A DNA stretch of 64,000 nt from an uncultured Clostridia bacterium (GCA_944384375.1 CALWTE010000015.1:2237-66236), one strand, 5' to 3'; numbered from the stretch's first letter, positions 18,065 through 28,586 are shown. Made by a program: numbers and translations. Notes: generated from the letters alone by a model not told the origin.

Positions 18065-19621
18065 ATGAAATTTGATTTAAAGAACGTAGATAAATTCACT
18101 ACAGAACTTACTTTTACCAGCACTCCTAAGGAATATGAAGATGCTGTGGAAAAAGCTTACGAACGCACTAAACACAAATACGAAGTGCAAGGTTTTAGAA
18201 AGGGTAAGGTACCTAGAAAAGTTATAGAAAAGACTTATGGTGACGGAGTTTTCTTTGAAGACGCTTTGACAGAACTCGCTGACAGAGCATATGTAGAAGC
18301 ATTAAACGACCACCCAGAAATTCACCTTTACGGAGAGCCAAATTTGGAGTTAAATAGTTTCGTTGACGGCGTGGTAATAGGCAAAATTACATTAAAAGTT
18401 TTACCAGAACCAGTTTTAGGCGCGTACAAGGGCTTGACTGTTTCTACAATTTTGAATGAATTTGACCCTGCTATGGTTGATGCAGAGTTAAAGCACGCAC
18501 AAATGCACCACACTCACAGTCACCCTATGCCAGACAAAGTTTCTGAAAATGGCGACATCGTGGTAATTGATTTTACAGGTAGCACTGACGGTGTAGAGTT
18601 TGAAGGTGGCAAGGCAACGGACTACGAGTTAGAGTTAGGTAGCCATTCATTTATTGACACTTTTGAAGAACAATTAATCGGCCACAAGGCTGGCGACCAC
18701 GTTACCGTAAACGTAACATTCCCTGTAGATTACGGCGCTAAGACTTTGGCAGGCAAAAAAGCAGTGTTTGAATGTGACGTTAAGTCTGTAAATGTTAAAC
18801 ACGTACCTGAAATTGACGACGAGTTGGCTAAACACGTAGGCGACTTTGCTACTCTTGATGAGTGGAAGAAAGATATTGAAGCGCAACTCCGCCACGAAAT
18901 TGACCACAGAAATGAATCAGCAAAGGAAGACGCAATTATTGCTGCAATTGTTGACAATTCAAAGGTTGATTTGCCAGACGAAGTAATTGAGCAACAATTA
19001 GACGCAGTTATGAAAGATTTGACAAACCGTCTTGCTTATCAAGGTATGCGTATTGAAGATTACGCTCATTACATCGGTACAACTTTGGAAAAATTAAGAG
19101 AAGAAAGACGTGATGACGCAATTAGAATTGCAAAAACTCGTCAAATTTTGGAGGCAATTATCCGTGCAGAAGACATTACTGTTAGCGATGCTGAAATTGA
19201 CGAGCAAATCGCCGAAATCGCCAAAATGTCAAATAAAACCCTACAAGAATACAAAAAATCTATGGACTCTCGTAGGTTAGATTACATTTATAGTGATATA
19301 CTTATGGCAAAACTAATGAAGATGCTTGTGGCAAACAACACGGTAATACCTACAAAAGACGGCGAAGGCGCTAAAAAGTCAACAGCGAAAAAATCAACTA
19401 AGGCCACAGAAAAAGCAGAGACAAAGGCTCCTGCAAAAACAACAAAGAAAGTAGCAGAAAAGAAAGAAAGCGCTACAAAGAAACCAGAAAAAGTAGAATC
19501 TAAAAAAGCAACTGCAAAAACTGAGACAAAGAAGCCTGCTACTAAAACAGCAAAGGCTACAGCAGAAAAGAAAACTGCCACAACAGCAAAGAAAACAGCA
19601 ACCAAAAAGACAACTAAATAA
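18065..19621 (+). CDS. tig: Trigger factor with a Lys/Ala/Thr-rich C-terminal extension
   Basis: Ribosome-binding signature QGFRKGKVP, FKBP domain (IDFTG..DGVEFEGG, FIDTFEEQLIG, VTFPVDY). Confidence 0.97.
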   Translation: MKFDLKNVDKFTTELTFTSTPKEYEDAVEKAYERTKHKYEVQGFRKGKVPRKVIEKTYGDGVFFEDALTELADRAYVEALNDHPEIHLYGEPNLELNSFVDGVVIGKITLKVLPEPVLGAYKGLTVSTILNEFDPAMVDAELKHAQMHHTHSHPMPDKVSENGDIVVIDFTGSTDGVEFEGGKATDYELELGSHSFIDTFEEQLIGHKAGDHVTVNVTFPVDYGAKTLAGKKAVFECDVKSVNVKHVPEIDDELAKHVGDFATLDEWKKDIEAQLRHEIDHRNESAKEDAIIAAIVDNSKVDLPDEVIEQQLDAVMKDLTNRLAYQGMRIEDYAHYIGTTLEKLREERRDDAIRIAKTRQILEAIIRAEDITVSDAEIDEQIAEIAKMSNKTLQEYKKSMDSRRLDYIYSDILMAKLMKMLVANNTVIPTKDGEGAKKSTAKKSTKATEKAETKAPAKTTKKVAEKKESATKKPEKVESKKATAKTETKKPATKTAKATAEKKTATTAKKTATKKTTK

Positions 19622-19656
19622 TTTTCAATCAAATTAAATAATTTTTAAACGATACG

Positions 19657-19695
19657 AAAGACAAACTTAAAGTTTTGAGTTTGTCTTTTATTTTT
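19657..19695 (+). terminator. Intrinsic terminator after tig
   Basis: AAAGACAAACT-loop-AGTTTGTCTTT followed by a T-rich tract. Confidence 0.7.
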
Positions 19696-19749
19696 CTCTT
19701 TTTGGTTTAAAGTGAATATAAAATGTATAAAATAAGTTAAGGAGTTAAT

Positions 19750-20319
19750 ATGATAATACCAACAGTTATTGATAAAACACCGAATGGCGAACGTGCTTTT
19801 GACATTTATTCGCGAATGCTAGAAGATAGGATAATTTTTATAACAGGCGAGATAGACGACAAAGTTTGTAATACAATCGTTGCTCAACTCTTATATTTAG
19901 AGAGTAAGGACAACAAAAAAGACATAAATTTATATATCAATAGTCCAGGCGGGGTGGCTCAATCGGGTTTAGCTATATTAGACACTATGAAGTATATCAA
20001 GTCTCCCGTTTCCACCATTTGTATAGGCTTGTGTGCCAGTGCGGCGGCGTTATTGCTAGCAGGTGGTGAACCGGGTAAACGCTATATTTTACCGCATGGC
20101 AAGGTTATGATACATCAGCCGTGGGGTGGAGTAAATGGGCAGATTACTGAAATTGAAATTTACTACAAAGAAGGGGTTAAAGACCGCGCAACCTATGCCG
20201 AACTCTTAGCGAAATTTTGTGGAAAAACAAAGGACGTCGTGCTAAAAGATATTGAAAGAGATAACTATTTAAGTGCAAAAGAAGCGGTAAATTATGGTTT
20301 AGTAGATAAAATTTTGTAA
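19750..20319 (+). CDS. clpP: ATP-dependent Clp protease proteolytic subunit
   Basis: ERAFDIYSRML, YINSPGG, catalytic Ser in CASAAA, MIHQP, RDNYL. Confidence 0.97.
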   Translation: MIIPTVIDKTPNGERAFDIYSRMLEDRIIFITGEIDDKVCNTIVAQLLYLESKDNKKDINLYINSPGGVAQSGLAILDTMKYIKSPVSTICIGLCASAAALLLAGGEPGKRYILPHGKVMIHQPWGGVNGQITEIEIYYKEGVKDRATYAELLAKFCGKTKDVVLKDIERDNYLSAKEAVNYGLVDKIL

Positions 20320-20323
20320 GGAA

Positions 20324-21580
20324 GTGAGTATGGAAAGTGCTTATTGTTCATTTTGTGGAAAATCACAGACGCAGGTGCGTAGGCTAGTTTCTAGTCCTAC
20401 AAATGATTGCTTTATTTGTGATAATTGTGTGGAGATTTGTAGGGAAATAGTTACCGAAGCCGATTATAAGCAAAGTACTCGTTCTCAAAAATTTGTCTTG
20501 CCTACACCACAAGAAATTAAAAAAAGTTTAGACGAGTATATAGTAGGGCAAGAAAATGCAAAAAGAGCAATGTCTGTCGCCGTTTACAATCACTATAAAC
20601 GCCTAAACTACAATTTGGGGCTAAAAAATAAGAATGTAGAGTTAGATAAAAGCAATATTTTGTTAATAGGCCCTACTGGTGTGGGCAAGACCTTAATTGC
20701 TAAAACTTTAGCCAAAATATTGAAAGTACCTTTTGCTTGTGTTGATGCGACAGGGTTAACTGAAGCGGGATATGTAGGAGATGACGTAGAAAGTATTTTG
20801 GCAAGACTGCTAATAAATGCTGATTATGATGTAAAAAAAGCGCAAATGGGCATAATTTATATAGACGAGATAGACAAAATAGCACGAAAAATTGATACAC
20901 GTAATATGACGCGAGATGTTTCTGGCGAAGGTGTGCAACAAGCATTACTAAAAATTTTAGAAGGCACTGTGGCACAAGTTTCTTTAAGTAATAATAGAAA
21001 ATCGCCGCATCAAGATACCGTCTCTATTGATACAAGCAATATTTTGTTTATCTGCGGTGGGGCATTTGTAAAATTAAATGAAATAATTGAGAACCGCACG
21101 ACAGGTACGAGTTTGGGCTTCAATAATAAAGCAAAATCAGAAAAGGTAAGCAATTTCCGCTATACCCAAAATGTGCGAGTAGATGATTTAGTAACATTTG
21201 GGTTGATTCCAGAATTTGTGGGCAGATTGCCAGTTGTAGTAAGCCTTGATGCCCTAGATAAAAAAGCAATGCTAAATATTTTGACAACTCCTAAAAATAA
21301 TTTAATAGAGCAGTATAAGACGATTTTTGAGTTAGACGGCATTAACCTAGAATTTGAAAAATCAGCCTTAGATAAAATTGCTGAGCGTGCGTTAGACTTA
21401 GGAATGGGGGCAAGAGGGCTTAGGAGTATTTTGGAAGAAACCATGCTAGACACAATGTTTACTAGCCCTAGTGAGACAGGACTGCAAAAGATAACAATAA
21501 ACTCAGACTGTATAACAAAGAAAGCACAGCCAAAACGAAAATTTAAAATAGAAAAAACCGCAAAAATTCAAAAAAATTAG
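20324..21580 (+). CDS. clpX: ATP-dependent Clp protease ATPase subunit ClpX
   Basis: Zn finger CSFCGK...ICDNC, Walker [36 protein letters not shown]; likely start ATG 20330. Confidence 0.98.
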   Translation: MSMESAYCSFCGKSQTQVRRLVSSPTNDCFICDNCVEICREIVTEADYKQSTRSQKFVLPTPQEIKKSLDEYIVGQENAKRAMSVAVYNHYKRLNYNLGLKNKNVELDKSNILLIGPTGVGKTLIAKTLAKILKVPFACVDATGLTEAGYVGDDVESILARLLINADYDVKKAQMGIIYIDEIDKIARKIDTRNMTRDVSGEGVQQALLKILEGTVAQVSLSNNRKSPHQDTVSIDTSNILFICGGAFVKLNEIIENRTTGTSLGFNNKAKSEKVSNFRYTQNVRVDDLVTFGLIPEFVGRLPVVVSLDALDKKAMLNILTTPKNNLIEQYKTIFELDGINLEFEKSALDKIAERALDLGMGARGLRSILEETMLDTMFTSPSETGLQKITINSDCITKKAQPKRKFKIEKTAKIQKN

Positions 21581-21589
21581 CATTTTTAC

Positions 21590-21624
21590 TGCATAATACC
21601 GTGCATAGTACTAGGTATTATGCA
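21590..21624. repeat. Cluster of three TGCATA(A/G)TAC(C/T) motifs forming a hairpin
   Basis: TGCATAATACC 21590, TGCATAGTACT 21602, inverted GGTATTATGCA 21614. Confidence 0.75.
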
Positions 21625-21730
21625 TTTTTTGTTATAATTTTTATTTTTAACAATTTATTAAAAGTTAAAAATGAGTATTGAAATATGCATAATTCTGTGG
21701 TATAATAACACGGCAAAAGGGGAATAGAAA

Positions 21731-22504
21731 ATGGCAAAATTAAAAGAAGAACACAAAAGAATTGACGGAAAACCACGCAATAAACCGCTTACACTCTTAG
21801 AAAGTATTGTTTTAAGACGTGAAAAATTTACAAAGAATTTTTGGAAAAATGGTGGCGAATTTAAAAGCCCTATGGTGAAAAATCTAATTGAACTAGGTGA
21901 AATCACTAGGACAGATGCGGTAGACTTAGAGTTTTTCTCTAGTCTAAATCAAGGCGAAAAAGTGCAGTATTTTAACTTTATTTGCGATAAATATACAAAT
22001 TGTATTGCTGATTATTCTAGTACTTGCGCGGTACTAACTAGTATTTTAGCAGAGTTTAAAAACAATAAATTATTGATTAATTCTCGTATAGATATGGCGG
22101 GGATTTGCGCTGTTCCAGAAAAATATAGACCTAATTATGAAATAATGATTCAGCATATAATGAACGAAAAATATTTGCGTCAAAAATATTTATATCAAGC
22201 AAAAACTAATTTACAATTACTAGATAAATCTTATTTTGAAGATATAGATAATCTTGTTGCTTATCGCAAAGCACTAGCAAAAGAAACAATAAAATTAGGT
22301 ATTAGATTAGACAATTACTCTATGGAATTAGGTGGAGGGAAATATTTATTTTTCAATAAAGCCTTAGACGTAGTTAGCGATTCTATGCCTAAAAAATATG
22401 AAAAAGAAATAAAAAGTTATAAGAAAGACATACGTAAATTAAACGTTAAATTAGCAAGAGAAGAAAATATGTCTGACGAATCACAAAAAGTAGTACTTTA
22501 TTAA
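21731..22504 (+). CDS. Hypothetical protein (ORFan-like, basic)
   Basis: 257-aa ORF with RBS AAGGGG and upstream TGGTATAAT; no motif recognised. Confidence 0.7.
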   Translation: MAKLKEEHKRIDGKPRNKPLTLLESIVLRREKFTKNFWKNGGEFKSPMVKNLIELGEITRTDAVDLEFFSSLNQGEKVQYFNFICDKYTNCIADYSSTCAVLTSILAEFKNNKLLINSRIDMAGICAVPEKYRPNYEIMIQHIMNEKYLRQKYLYQAKTNLQLLDKSYFEDIDNLVAYRKALAKETIKLGIRLDNYSMELGGGKYLFFNKALDVVSDSMPKKYEKEIKSYKKDIRKLNVKLAREENMSDESQKVVLY

Positions 22505-22507
22505 TAC

Positions 22508-22576
22508 AAAAAAGCACTTAATCGCTAGAATTTGCAGCATTATTGCATAAATTTGCGGTTAAGTGCTGTTTTTTTT
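22508..22576. terminator. Long hairpin, probable terminator
   Basis: AAAAAAGCACTTAATCGC...GCGGTTAAGTGCTGTTTTTTT. Confidence 0.65.
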
Positions 22577-22809
22577 AATTAATACAAATTATATTATTTA
22601 AATTCAATAATTTTATATATAAAAACCACTTAATTTTATTACAATTAATTAAAATAAATAATAAACTAAATGCTTAATTTATTAAGTAAAATAGATAAAT
22701 ATATATTCGTTATCTTGCATTATTCGTCTAACAAGGGACTTTCCCATAGTTTATTATGAAATACTATTTTACAATTTATTTTTTTATTTAATGTTATTAA
22801 TACTAATCA

Positions 22810-22833
22810 AGTACTATGCTTGTGCATAATACC
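22810..22833. repeat. Divergent pair of TGCATA(A/G)TAC motifs
   Basis: AGTACTATGC (inverted) at 22810 and TGCATAATACC at 22823. Confidence 0.65.
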
Positions 22834-23177
22834 ATAAAAATACGTGAAAAATAGTAAAAAATTAATAAAAATAACAAAAAATCAATAAAATTAAGTGAAA
22901 TGTATTAAAAACAAGAAAGAAGCGAGAGTAATATTTTAAAAATTTATTAAAAGAAAAAACCTATAAGTTTTATTTTTATAGGTTTTATATTTTAGAGATT
23001 AATATTATTTTTACTATATTTTTATTCTTTTATTTTAATTAATAAATAATTTACAAATAAATAATTAATTACATTTTAAAGCTAAATAAAATTAATATTA
23101 ATATATTATAAGTAAATCTATTTATAGGCTAATTTGTAAAAATTTAGTCCTTTAATTTAATTATTAATACTTAAAAT

Positions 23178-24854
23178 TTATAGTTGATTTAAAACATCAA
23201 TACCTAATAAGTATAAACTATTTTTTATAGCAATGGCTGTTTTTGCAATTAAATTAAGTCTTGCTTTCTTTAATTCTATATCAGTTAGGTTGAGAATATT
23301 TTGTGTTGAATAGAATTGACTAAACTTTGTCGTTAAATTAAAAACATAATTTGCAATAAAACTAGGGTTTAAATTTTTGTAGGTTGTACACAGCATATTA
23401 GTAAAGTTATATAGTTGCTTGATTAAACTAATTTCTTCATTTGTTGTAAGTAGGGAATAATCAGCGTTTTTATAATCGCAATCAGCTTTACCGAGAATTG
23501 ATTGTATTCTTGCATAATTGTATTGAGAATATAGACTGCTATCACCATTGAAGTTTAACGCATTCTTCCAGTCAAACAAAACGTTCTTCTCAGGACTACA
23601 TTTTAAAATACTATATTTCAGCGCGCCATAACCTATAATTTGAGCCTTTTCTATATCGCTTTCGCCACGTTTTTCGGTAACGATAGCATTTGCTTTTTCG
23701 CGGGCTTCTTTCATAAAGTCTGCTAGCAACACAACTCTACCTTGTCTAGTACTCATTTTACCTTCGGGTAGGAGCACAAAAGAGTAGTTTACCACTTCGG
23801 CTGGTTTCGCTCCCAGTAGACGCATTGCAGCACTGATTTGTTGGAAATAAACTTTTTGGTCTTCACCTAGTATAATTATATTTCTGTCAGCACCACTATT
23901 TGCTTTATCAATACTATAGCAAATATCTCTCAGTGCATAAAGACTCGTTTTGTCTTGACGAGTAACCACTAGCATAGGCTCATCAATGCCGATATCTTCG
24001 CCACGTTGGTCTAGAACCAGACGGCCATTCTCGTCTTCAAACAATTTTGGCGATTTTTTGAGTTCGTCTAAAACTTTGTCTGTAATATGTTCGTGAATGT
24101 AACGTGATTCATAATCAAACTTATCCCATTTAATATCCAACTCGTCAAAAATGGCAGTTTGTCCCTTTATGCAAATGCTAACCACTTTGTTAAATTGACT
24201 AATAGTTTCGCTATCGCCACTTTCAAATTTATGCAACAATTCAAAAACGCTCTTTTCAATCTCGGGGTTGGTTTTTGATTCTTCGTTTACGTCAATATAA
24301 ATTTGCAGTAAATCTTCAAAAGTTACGTTTGGTTTATCTTTTGTAGCATAAACAAGCATTGCAATTTGTTTGCCTACGTCATTTACAAAATAATGTACAT
24401 CGGTTTTCCAGCCTAAAAATTTAAACACACGTACCAAACTATCACCGATTAGCGCATTTCTGGCTCTGCCTATGTGCGGGCTGGCGTTCGGGTTAATACT
24501 CGTATGCTCAATTAGAACTTTTTTGTCCTGCATTCCAAACTTTTTGTCAATATCAGCCTGGTTAATCAGCAAGTTTTCCATCAAAGTCTTTGCAATAAAT
24601 TCAGGTTTAAAGGTAAAGTTTAAATATCCGCCCACACTTTCTATTTTTAGTAAATTCTCGTCAGTAAGATGCTCGGCAAGATTTTGTGCAATTACATTAG
24701 GGGCTAGATGCATTTCTTTGGAAAACTTAAAACAGGGTAGGGCAACGTCGCCTTTATCCTGTGTGGGTGTCTCCAAATTTGGAAAAATCTGCTCTTTTGT
24801 AAAATCGCTATTTTTAGTTATTAAATCTGCAGTATAATCAAATAAAATATTCAT
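23178..24854 (-). CDS. argS: Arginine--tRNA ligase
   Basis: N-terminal GDVALPCF domain, EHTSINPNASPHIGRARN (HIGH equivalent), KMSTRQG, DALR-type YSQYNYARIQSIL. Confidence 0.96.
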   Translation of the reverse strand: MNILFDYTADLITKNSDFTKEQIFPNLETPTQDKGDVALPCFKFSKEMHLAPNVIAQNLAEHLTDENLLKIESVGGYLNFTFKPEFIAKTLMENLLINQADIDKKFGMQDKKVLIEHTSINPNASPHIGRARNALIGDSLVRVFKFLGWKTDVHYFVNDVGKQIAMLVYATKDKPNVTFEDLLQIYIDVNEESKTNPEIEKSVFELLHKFESGDSETISQFNKVVSICIKGQTAIFDELDIKWDKFDYESRYIHEHITDKVLDELKKSPKLFEDENGRLVLDQRGEDIGIDEPMLVVTRQDKTSLYALRDICYSIDKANSGADRNIIILGEDQKVYFQQISAAMRLLGAKPAEVVNYSFVLLPEGKMSTRQGRVVLLADFMKEAREKANAIVTEKRGESDIEKAQIIGYGALKYSILKCSPEKNVLFDWKNALNFNGDSSLYSQYNYARIQSILGKADCDYKNADYSLLTTNEEISLIKQLYNFTNMLCTTYKNLNPSFIANYVFNLTTKFSQFYSTQNILNLTDIELKKARLNLIAKTAIAIKNSLYLLGIDVLNQL

Positions 24855-24857
24855 TTT

Positions 24858-25658
24858 TTATCCTTCATTACTATTGTTTTGCGCCTCTTTTACTGCTGTT
24901 ATCGCAGGCCTAAACCCTAAATAACAGCATTTCTCTAAGTACATTTTAGAATCAGCATAATTTTGCGGAATGATAGTGCCACGAGCGGACTCTATTGCTA
25001 ACCACATCATAGCGCGTACTTCTTGCTTCTTTGCTGCTTGATAGATTAAATCTAAGCCCTTTTTCTTTGTCTCGGGCTTTTTGATTAAGGTAATGCCGTG
25101 TTCAAAAAGGGCAAATTTGCAACCGTGCTCAACAGACCACAGTAGCATTTTGCGTGCTTTCACTGGGTCTTTTTGCACAAAATCTTCATCTAGCATATAC
25201 AATGCGCCCACAAAATAAACTGCTTCGGGAATTTTTTCCTGGCTTAGTTTTTTAAATATTAAACACGCTTTTTTAAGGTCGGGTTTTGTGCCTACTCCCA
25301 TTAACGTACAATAGCCTAAATGTAGTTGCGCCTGTAAATTGCCTTCTTTTGCTGAAATTTTTAAGTATTTTATGCCATTTTCTTCGTCTTTTAACAAAAA
25401 GTACGCAGTAGCCAAATAAAACAGGCTAGTACTATCGCCTAAATGCGCCCAAATCTGCATAGCACGTTCAAAACGTTGTCTTTTGTCTTGCGTCTTGTCT
25501 TGCAGTAGGGCAAGGGCTACTTCGCGTTGTTCATTATTAGGTAGAGTCGCAATATTCTCAAGTTTTTCCTTGTAGTTTTTTTCTGTAGCATCGGGCAAAA
25601 CTCTCAGTTCGCACCTAAATGCTTCATAATTCAATTCTTGTGGAGTTAATGTTTTCAT
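24858..25658 (-). CDS. Sel1-like repeat protein
   Basis: Repeated units AQLHLGYCTLMGVGTKPDLKKA, AVYFVGALY...KDPVKA, AMMWLAIESARG. Confidence 0.85.
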   Translation of the reverse strand: MKTLTPQELNYEAFRCELRVLPDATEKNYKEKLENIATLPNNEQREVALALLQDKTQDKRQRFERAMQIWAHLGDSTSLFYLATAYFLLKDEENGIKYLKISAKEGNLQAQLHLGYCTLMGVGTKPDLKKACLIFKKLSQEKIPEAVYFVGALYMLDEDFVQKDPVKARKMLLWSVEHGCKFALFEHGITLIKKPETKKKGLDLIYQAAKKQEVRAMMWLAIESARGTIIPQNYADSKMYLEKCCYLGFRPAITAVKEAQNNSNEG

Positions 25659-25756
25659 TTTTCAACCTCTTAAGTATTATAACACAAAAAAATTTTTAAA
25701 ACAATACAAAATTTATATATTTGTTTTCTCGCATTTATATATTTGCTTGTTTACAT

Positions 25757-26185
25757 TTATACATTTGTTCTTTTCACTAAATCATACAGACTTTGCATAT
25801 CATTTTCTAGGTTGAGATAGAAACAACGTCCTTCGTACTTACCATCTACTTCTCTAATAAGATTAAAGCCTTTATCATTGGGCATAATATTTACTAGCAG
25901 GGCATCAAACGGCATATCGTTATGCTTCATTTGCTCTTTAAAATTAAATTTTATCCAAATGCCACTTTGTAATGCTTGCATCGTGTGTTCGTGAATACTT
26001 ACACCAAAAGCGGGCATTTCATATGAGTCGTAAATCATATCCATAAATTTAGTCAATAAGTCGTCAAATTCAGACGAAGTGTTTGGAAAAGTTTTTTCCT
26101 TACCGTCTTTGAAAATTGTAATTGAGTCAGTTTCTTCAAAAAAGTCGTAAATTTGGTAATCATCTAAATAATTAATTGTACTCAT
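25757..26185 (-). CDS. Hypothetical protein
   Basis: 142-aa ORF, RBS AGGAG; no family assigned. Confidence 0.7.
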   Translation of the reverse strand: MSTINYLDDYQIYDFFEETDSITIFKDGKEKTFPNTSSEFDDLLTKFMDMIYDSYEMPAFGVSIHEHTMQALQSGIWIKFNFKEQMKHNDMPFDALLVNIMPNDKGFNLIREVDGKYEGRCFYLNLENDMQSLYDLVKRTNV

Positions 26186-26301
26186 ATGCTCTCCTAAATT
26201 TTTTATTTTTAAACTTGATTTTTTAATTCAGTTTAATTATAATTATAACATACATTTTTTAAAATTAGTACTATTTTAAAATAATTTCTAAGGAGTAATA
26301 T

Positions 26302-26964
26302 ATGGAAATTGATGCTGAAAATGATAAACTTATTCAAGAGAAATATGAAAAGTTACTAGCCGAGTTGAATTCAAACGATATTGATAAAGCCAAATTTGAT
26401 ATTTTAGATTTTATAAAATTCTGGAATAAGGATAAAATTACAAACGATTTTTACTATTCCGCCATATATAAAGACTTAACAAAGAATATTGTGCAATTTT
26501 TCATAAATAACGGCTTTGAGTTTAAGGGGCAGCAAGACTGGAATACTTTAGATTTTTTCTCTACCAGTGATTTTGTTCGTCTTTTTGAAAAATCTAAGGA
26601 TAAATTAGACATATTTATACAAGAAAAAATGCTAGACAAAATGTTTGAAAAGAATGCGTACGCTGATTTGATAAATATTGCAAAGTTTGTAGATGCCGAA
26701 ACTTTTAATAAAATTCAAGACGCCATATTAAAACAATCTAATTTAAAGGTGATTTATGAGTTCATGAAGAACAACACTGACCGCGTTGATTTTAAGAAAT
26801 TTGTAATAAAAGCGAATTTGTCTTACTCTAAAAATAATAACTACCAAAAACCAGAAAAACTTAGAGAAATAAAAGTCTTAAAAGATAAAATAAACAATTT
26901 ATATGCGGAATTAAAAAACAAAAAATCATCCGAAAATGAAACTTTAGATTTGCAAAAGTATTAA
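26302..26964 (+). CDS. Hypothetical helical protein (ORFan-like)
   Basis: 220-aa ORF, RBS AAGGAG, very AT-rich, K/D/F-rich. Confidence 0.7.
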   Translation: MEIDAENDKLIQEKYEKLLAELNSNDIDKAKFDILDFIKFWNKDKITNDFYYSAIYKDLTKNIVQFFINNGFEFKGQQDWNTLDFFSTSDFVRLFEKSKDKLDIFIQEKMLDKMFEKNAYADLINIAKFVDAETFNKIQDAILKQSNLKVIYEFMKNNTDRVDFKKFVIKANLSYSKNNNYQKPEKLREIKVLKDKINNLYAELKNKKSSENETLDLQKY

Positions 26965-26987
26965 GTTAATAATTGAAAGGATATAAT

Positions 26988-27989
26988 ATGAATAGAGAAA
27001 TTATAGATAGAATATTTGTTTTTGATATTGATGGAACGTTGGTTGGAAAAGATGCGAAAATAAAGAAAAATGTAGATAAACTTTTCCAGAGTATTTTTAA
27101 AAAATATTCTAATCCTCGTATTATGTTTGTGTCTGGTGGAGATACACAAAAAGTTAATTATTCCCTTGATTTAATTAGTGAAGAAGCAGGCGTTGATTTG
27201 AGCAGTGCCATTCGGGCAAGCCACGCAGGTGGTAGAATTCTAGATGCACAAGGTAACAAAATTAGACTAGACAAGTACTTTTCACTTGAATTAATACAAG
27301 CCGTTTTAAAAGAAGTGTTTAGTGTGGATAAATACTTTTATGTGGTTTATTGTACAAGTGAAGGCAACTTTTTTGTGGATATGCATTCCTTAGAGCCAGA
27401 AGGCGAGTGGGTAACCGCTGACGAGTTAAAAAAAGTTCTATACGATACAGGCATTAGATTAATGGCACAAGATGTTACAAAAGACGAACTTAAAAAAATA
27501 ATTTTAGATAAAAAAGTCCGCAGTTTGTGGGTTTTTAATGCAAATTATCAATATAATTTAGATGCAGACAAACTTTTGCAAAAATTACCTGCAAGTTACC
27601 CTGATTTAACAGTAGCGACAAGTTTTTTTATTGATTTAACTGTAAGCGATAAGATTTCGGCAATTAATTCTGTATTTGGTGACGAATTAGAGAAAATTGT
27701 ATATTTTGGCGACGAGAAAAACGACGAGCAAGCCCTACTTAACGGCAAAAACGGTACGTATTGCGGAAGTATTGCGGTAGGCAAAAGTAGGGTTGCACTA
27801 GAAAGTGGTGATTTGGCTGTGCCTTATTTTAATGATTTTGCTATAAAATACGCTATAAATGAATTAGATGACGAAAGTATTTGCAAAATAGACTGGGAAG
27901 ATAAAACTTACGAAATTAAAGGCAAAAATTTAGAAGAAACAATCAAACTTGTAAATGAATTTACTTTAAAAAATTGCGTAAAAAAATAA
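26988..27989 (+). CDS. HAD-superfamily hydrolase (Cof-like)
   Basis: Motif I FVFDIDGTLV, motif II VSGG, motif IV YFGDEKND; likely start ATG 26988 (RBS GAAAGG). Confidence 0.8.
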   Translation: MNREIIDRIFVFDIDGTLVGKDAKIKKNVDKLFQSIFKKYSNPRIMFVSGGDTQKVNYSLDLISEEAGVDLSSAIRASHAGGRILDAQGNKIRLDKYFSLELIQAVLKEVFSVDKYFYVVYCTSEGNFFVDMHSLEPEGEWVTADELKKVLYDTGIRLMAQDVTKDELKKIILDKKVRSLWVFNANYQYNLDADKLLQKLPASYPDLTVATSFFIDLTVSDKISAINSVFGDELEKIVYFGDEKNDEQALLNGKNGTYCGSIAVGKSRVALESGDLAVPYFNDFAIKYAINELDDESICKIDWEDKTYEIKGKNLEETIKLVNEFTLKNCVKK

Positions 27990-28058
27990 TTTAAAATATC
28001 AAAAAAGAAAAGAAAATATTAAAAAATATATATCTATAAAATAAAGGTTTATGGAAAA

Positions 28059-28101
28059 TGAACAGTACCACAAGAGCATTCAACTTTTGTGGTGCATTTC
28101 A
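28059..28101. mobile_element. Collapsed IS3-family-like terminal inverted repeat scar
   Basis: TGAACAGTACCACAAGAG-cattcaa-CTTTTGTGGTGCATTTCA, TG...CA ends, no transposase; similarity to IS150-group ends is from memory. Confidence 0.35.
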
Positions 28102-28447
28102 AAATGGGGTAAAAAATTTTTTGTGATGGGTTTAAATTTTATAGTTTAAACTCATTTTTTATAAGTATTAAGTTAAATACATTTTAAAGTATATAAACAA
28201 AAATAATGTTGAAATTCTTAATGAATAAAATTTTCGTACCCAAATCAAAGAAAAAATATCAATAAAACTTTAAAATATGCTTTTAGAACTAAGGAAAAAA
28301 TGTCTTTATATAAACCCAAAATAACTATACATACCTTAATAATTAACCAAAAGTAATACCTAATTCAACAACTCAAAAAACGAAAGCAATAACTATTTAT
28401 TAATAAAAAAGAGAAGTAGTATTTACTTCTCAAAAATTAATTTTAAC

Positions 28448-28521
28448 TGGAGCGAGCGAAGAGAATCGAACTCTCGTAGCCAGCTTGGAAGGCTGGAGCT
28501 TTACCACTAAGCTACGCTCGC
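28448..28521 (-). tRNA. tRNA-Gly (anticodon TCC)
   Basis: Reverse complement GCGAGCGTAGCTTAGTGGTAAAGCTCCAGCCTTCCAAGCTGGCTACGAGAGTTCGATTCTCTTCGCTCGCTCCA: acceptor stem, GTTCGA T-loop, encoded CCA. Confidence 0.97.
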
Positions 28522-28586
28522 ATATTAAAGGGGGATAGTCCCCCTTTTCTTTTGTAAATTATGTATTTCTTCTTTTGTATGAATTC

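Noticed and set aside
19690-19750. CtsR or HrcA (CIRCE) operator upstream of clpP
   Set aside because: No GTCAAA direct repeat or TTAGCACTC-N9-GAGTGCTAA match found
28100-28430. Decayed membrane-protein gene on the minus strand
   Set aside because: Only short hydrophobic-looking fragments between many stops; cannot be told from AT-rich background
28448-28521. tRNA-Gly as attachment site of an integrated island
   Set aside because: No duplicated tRNA 3' end and no integrase seen in the window
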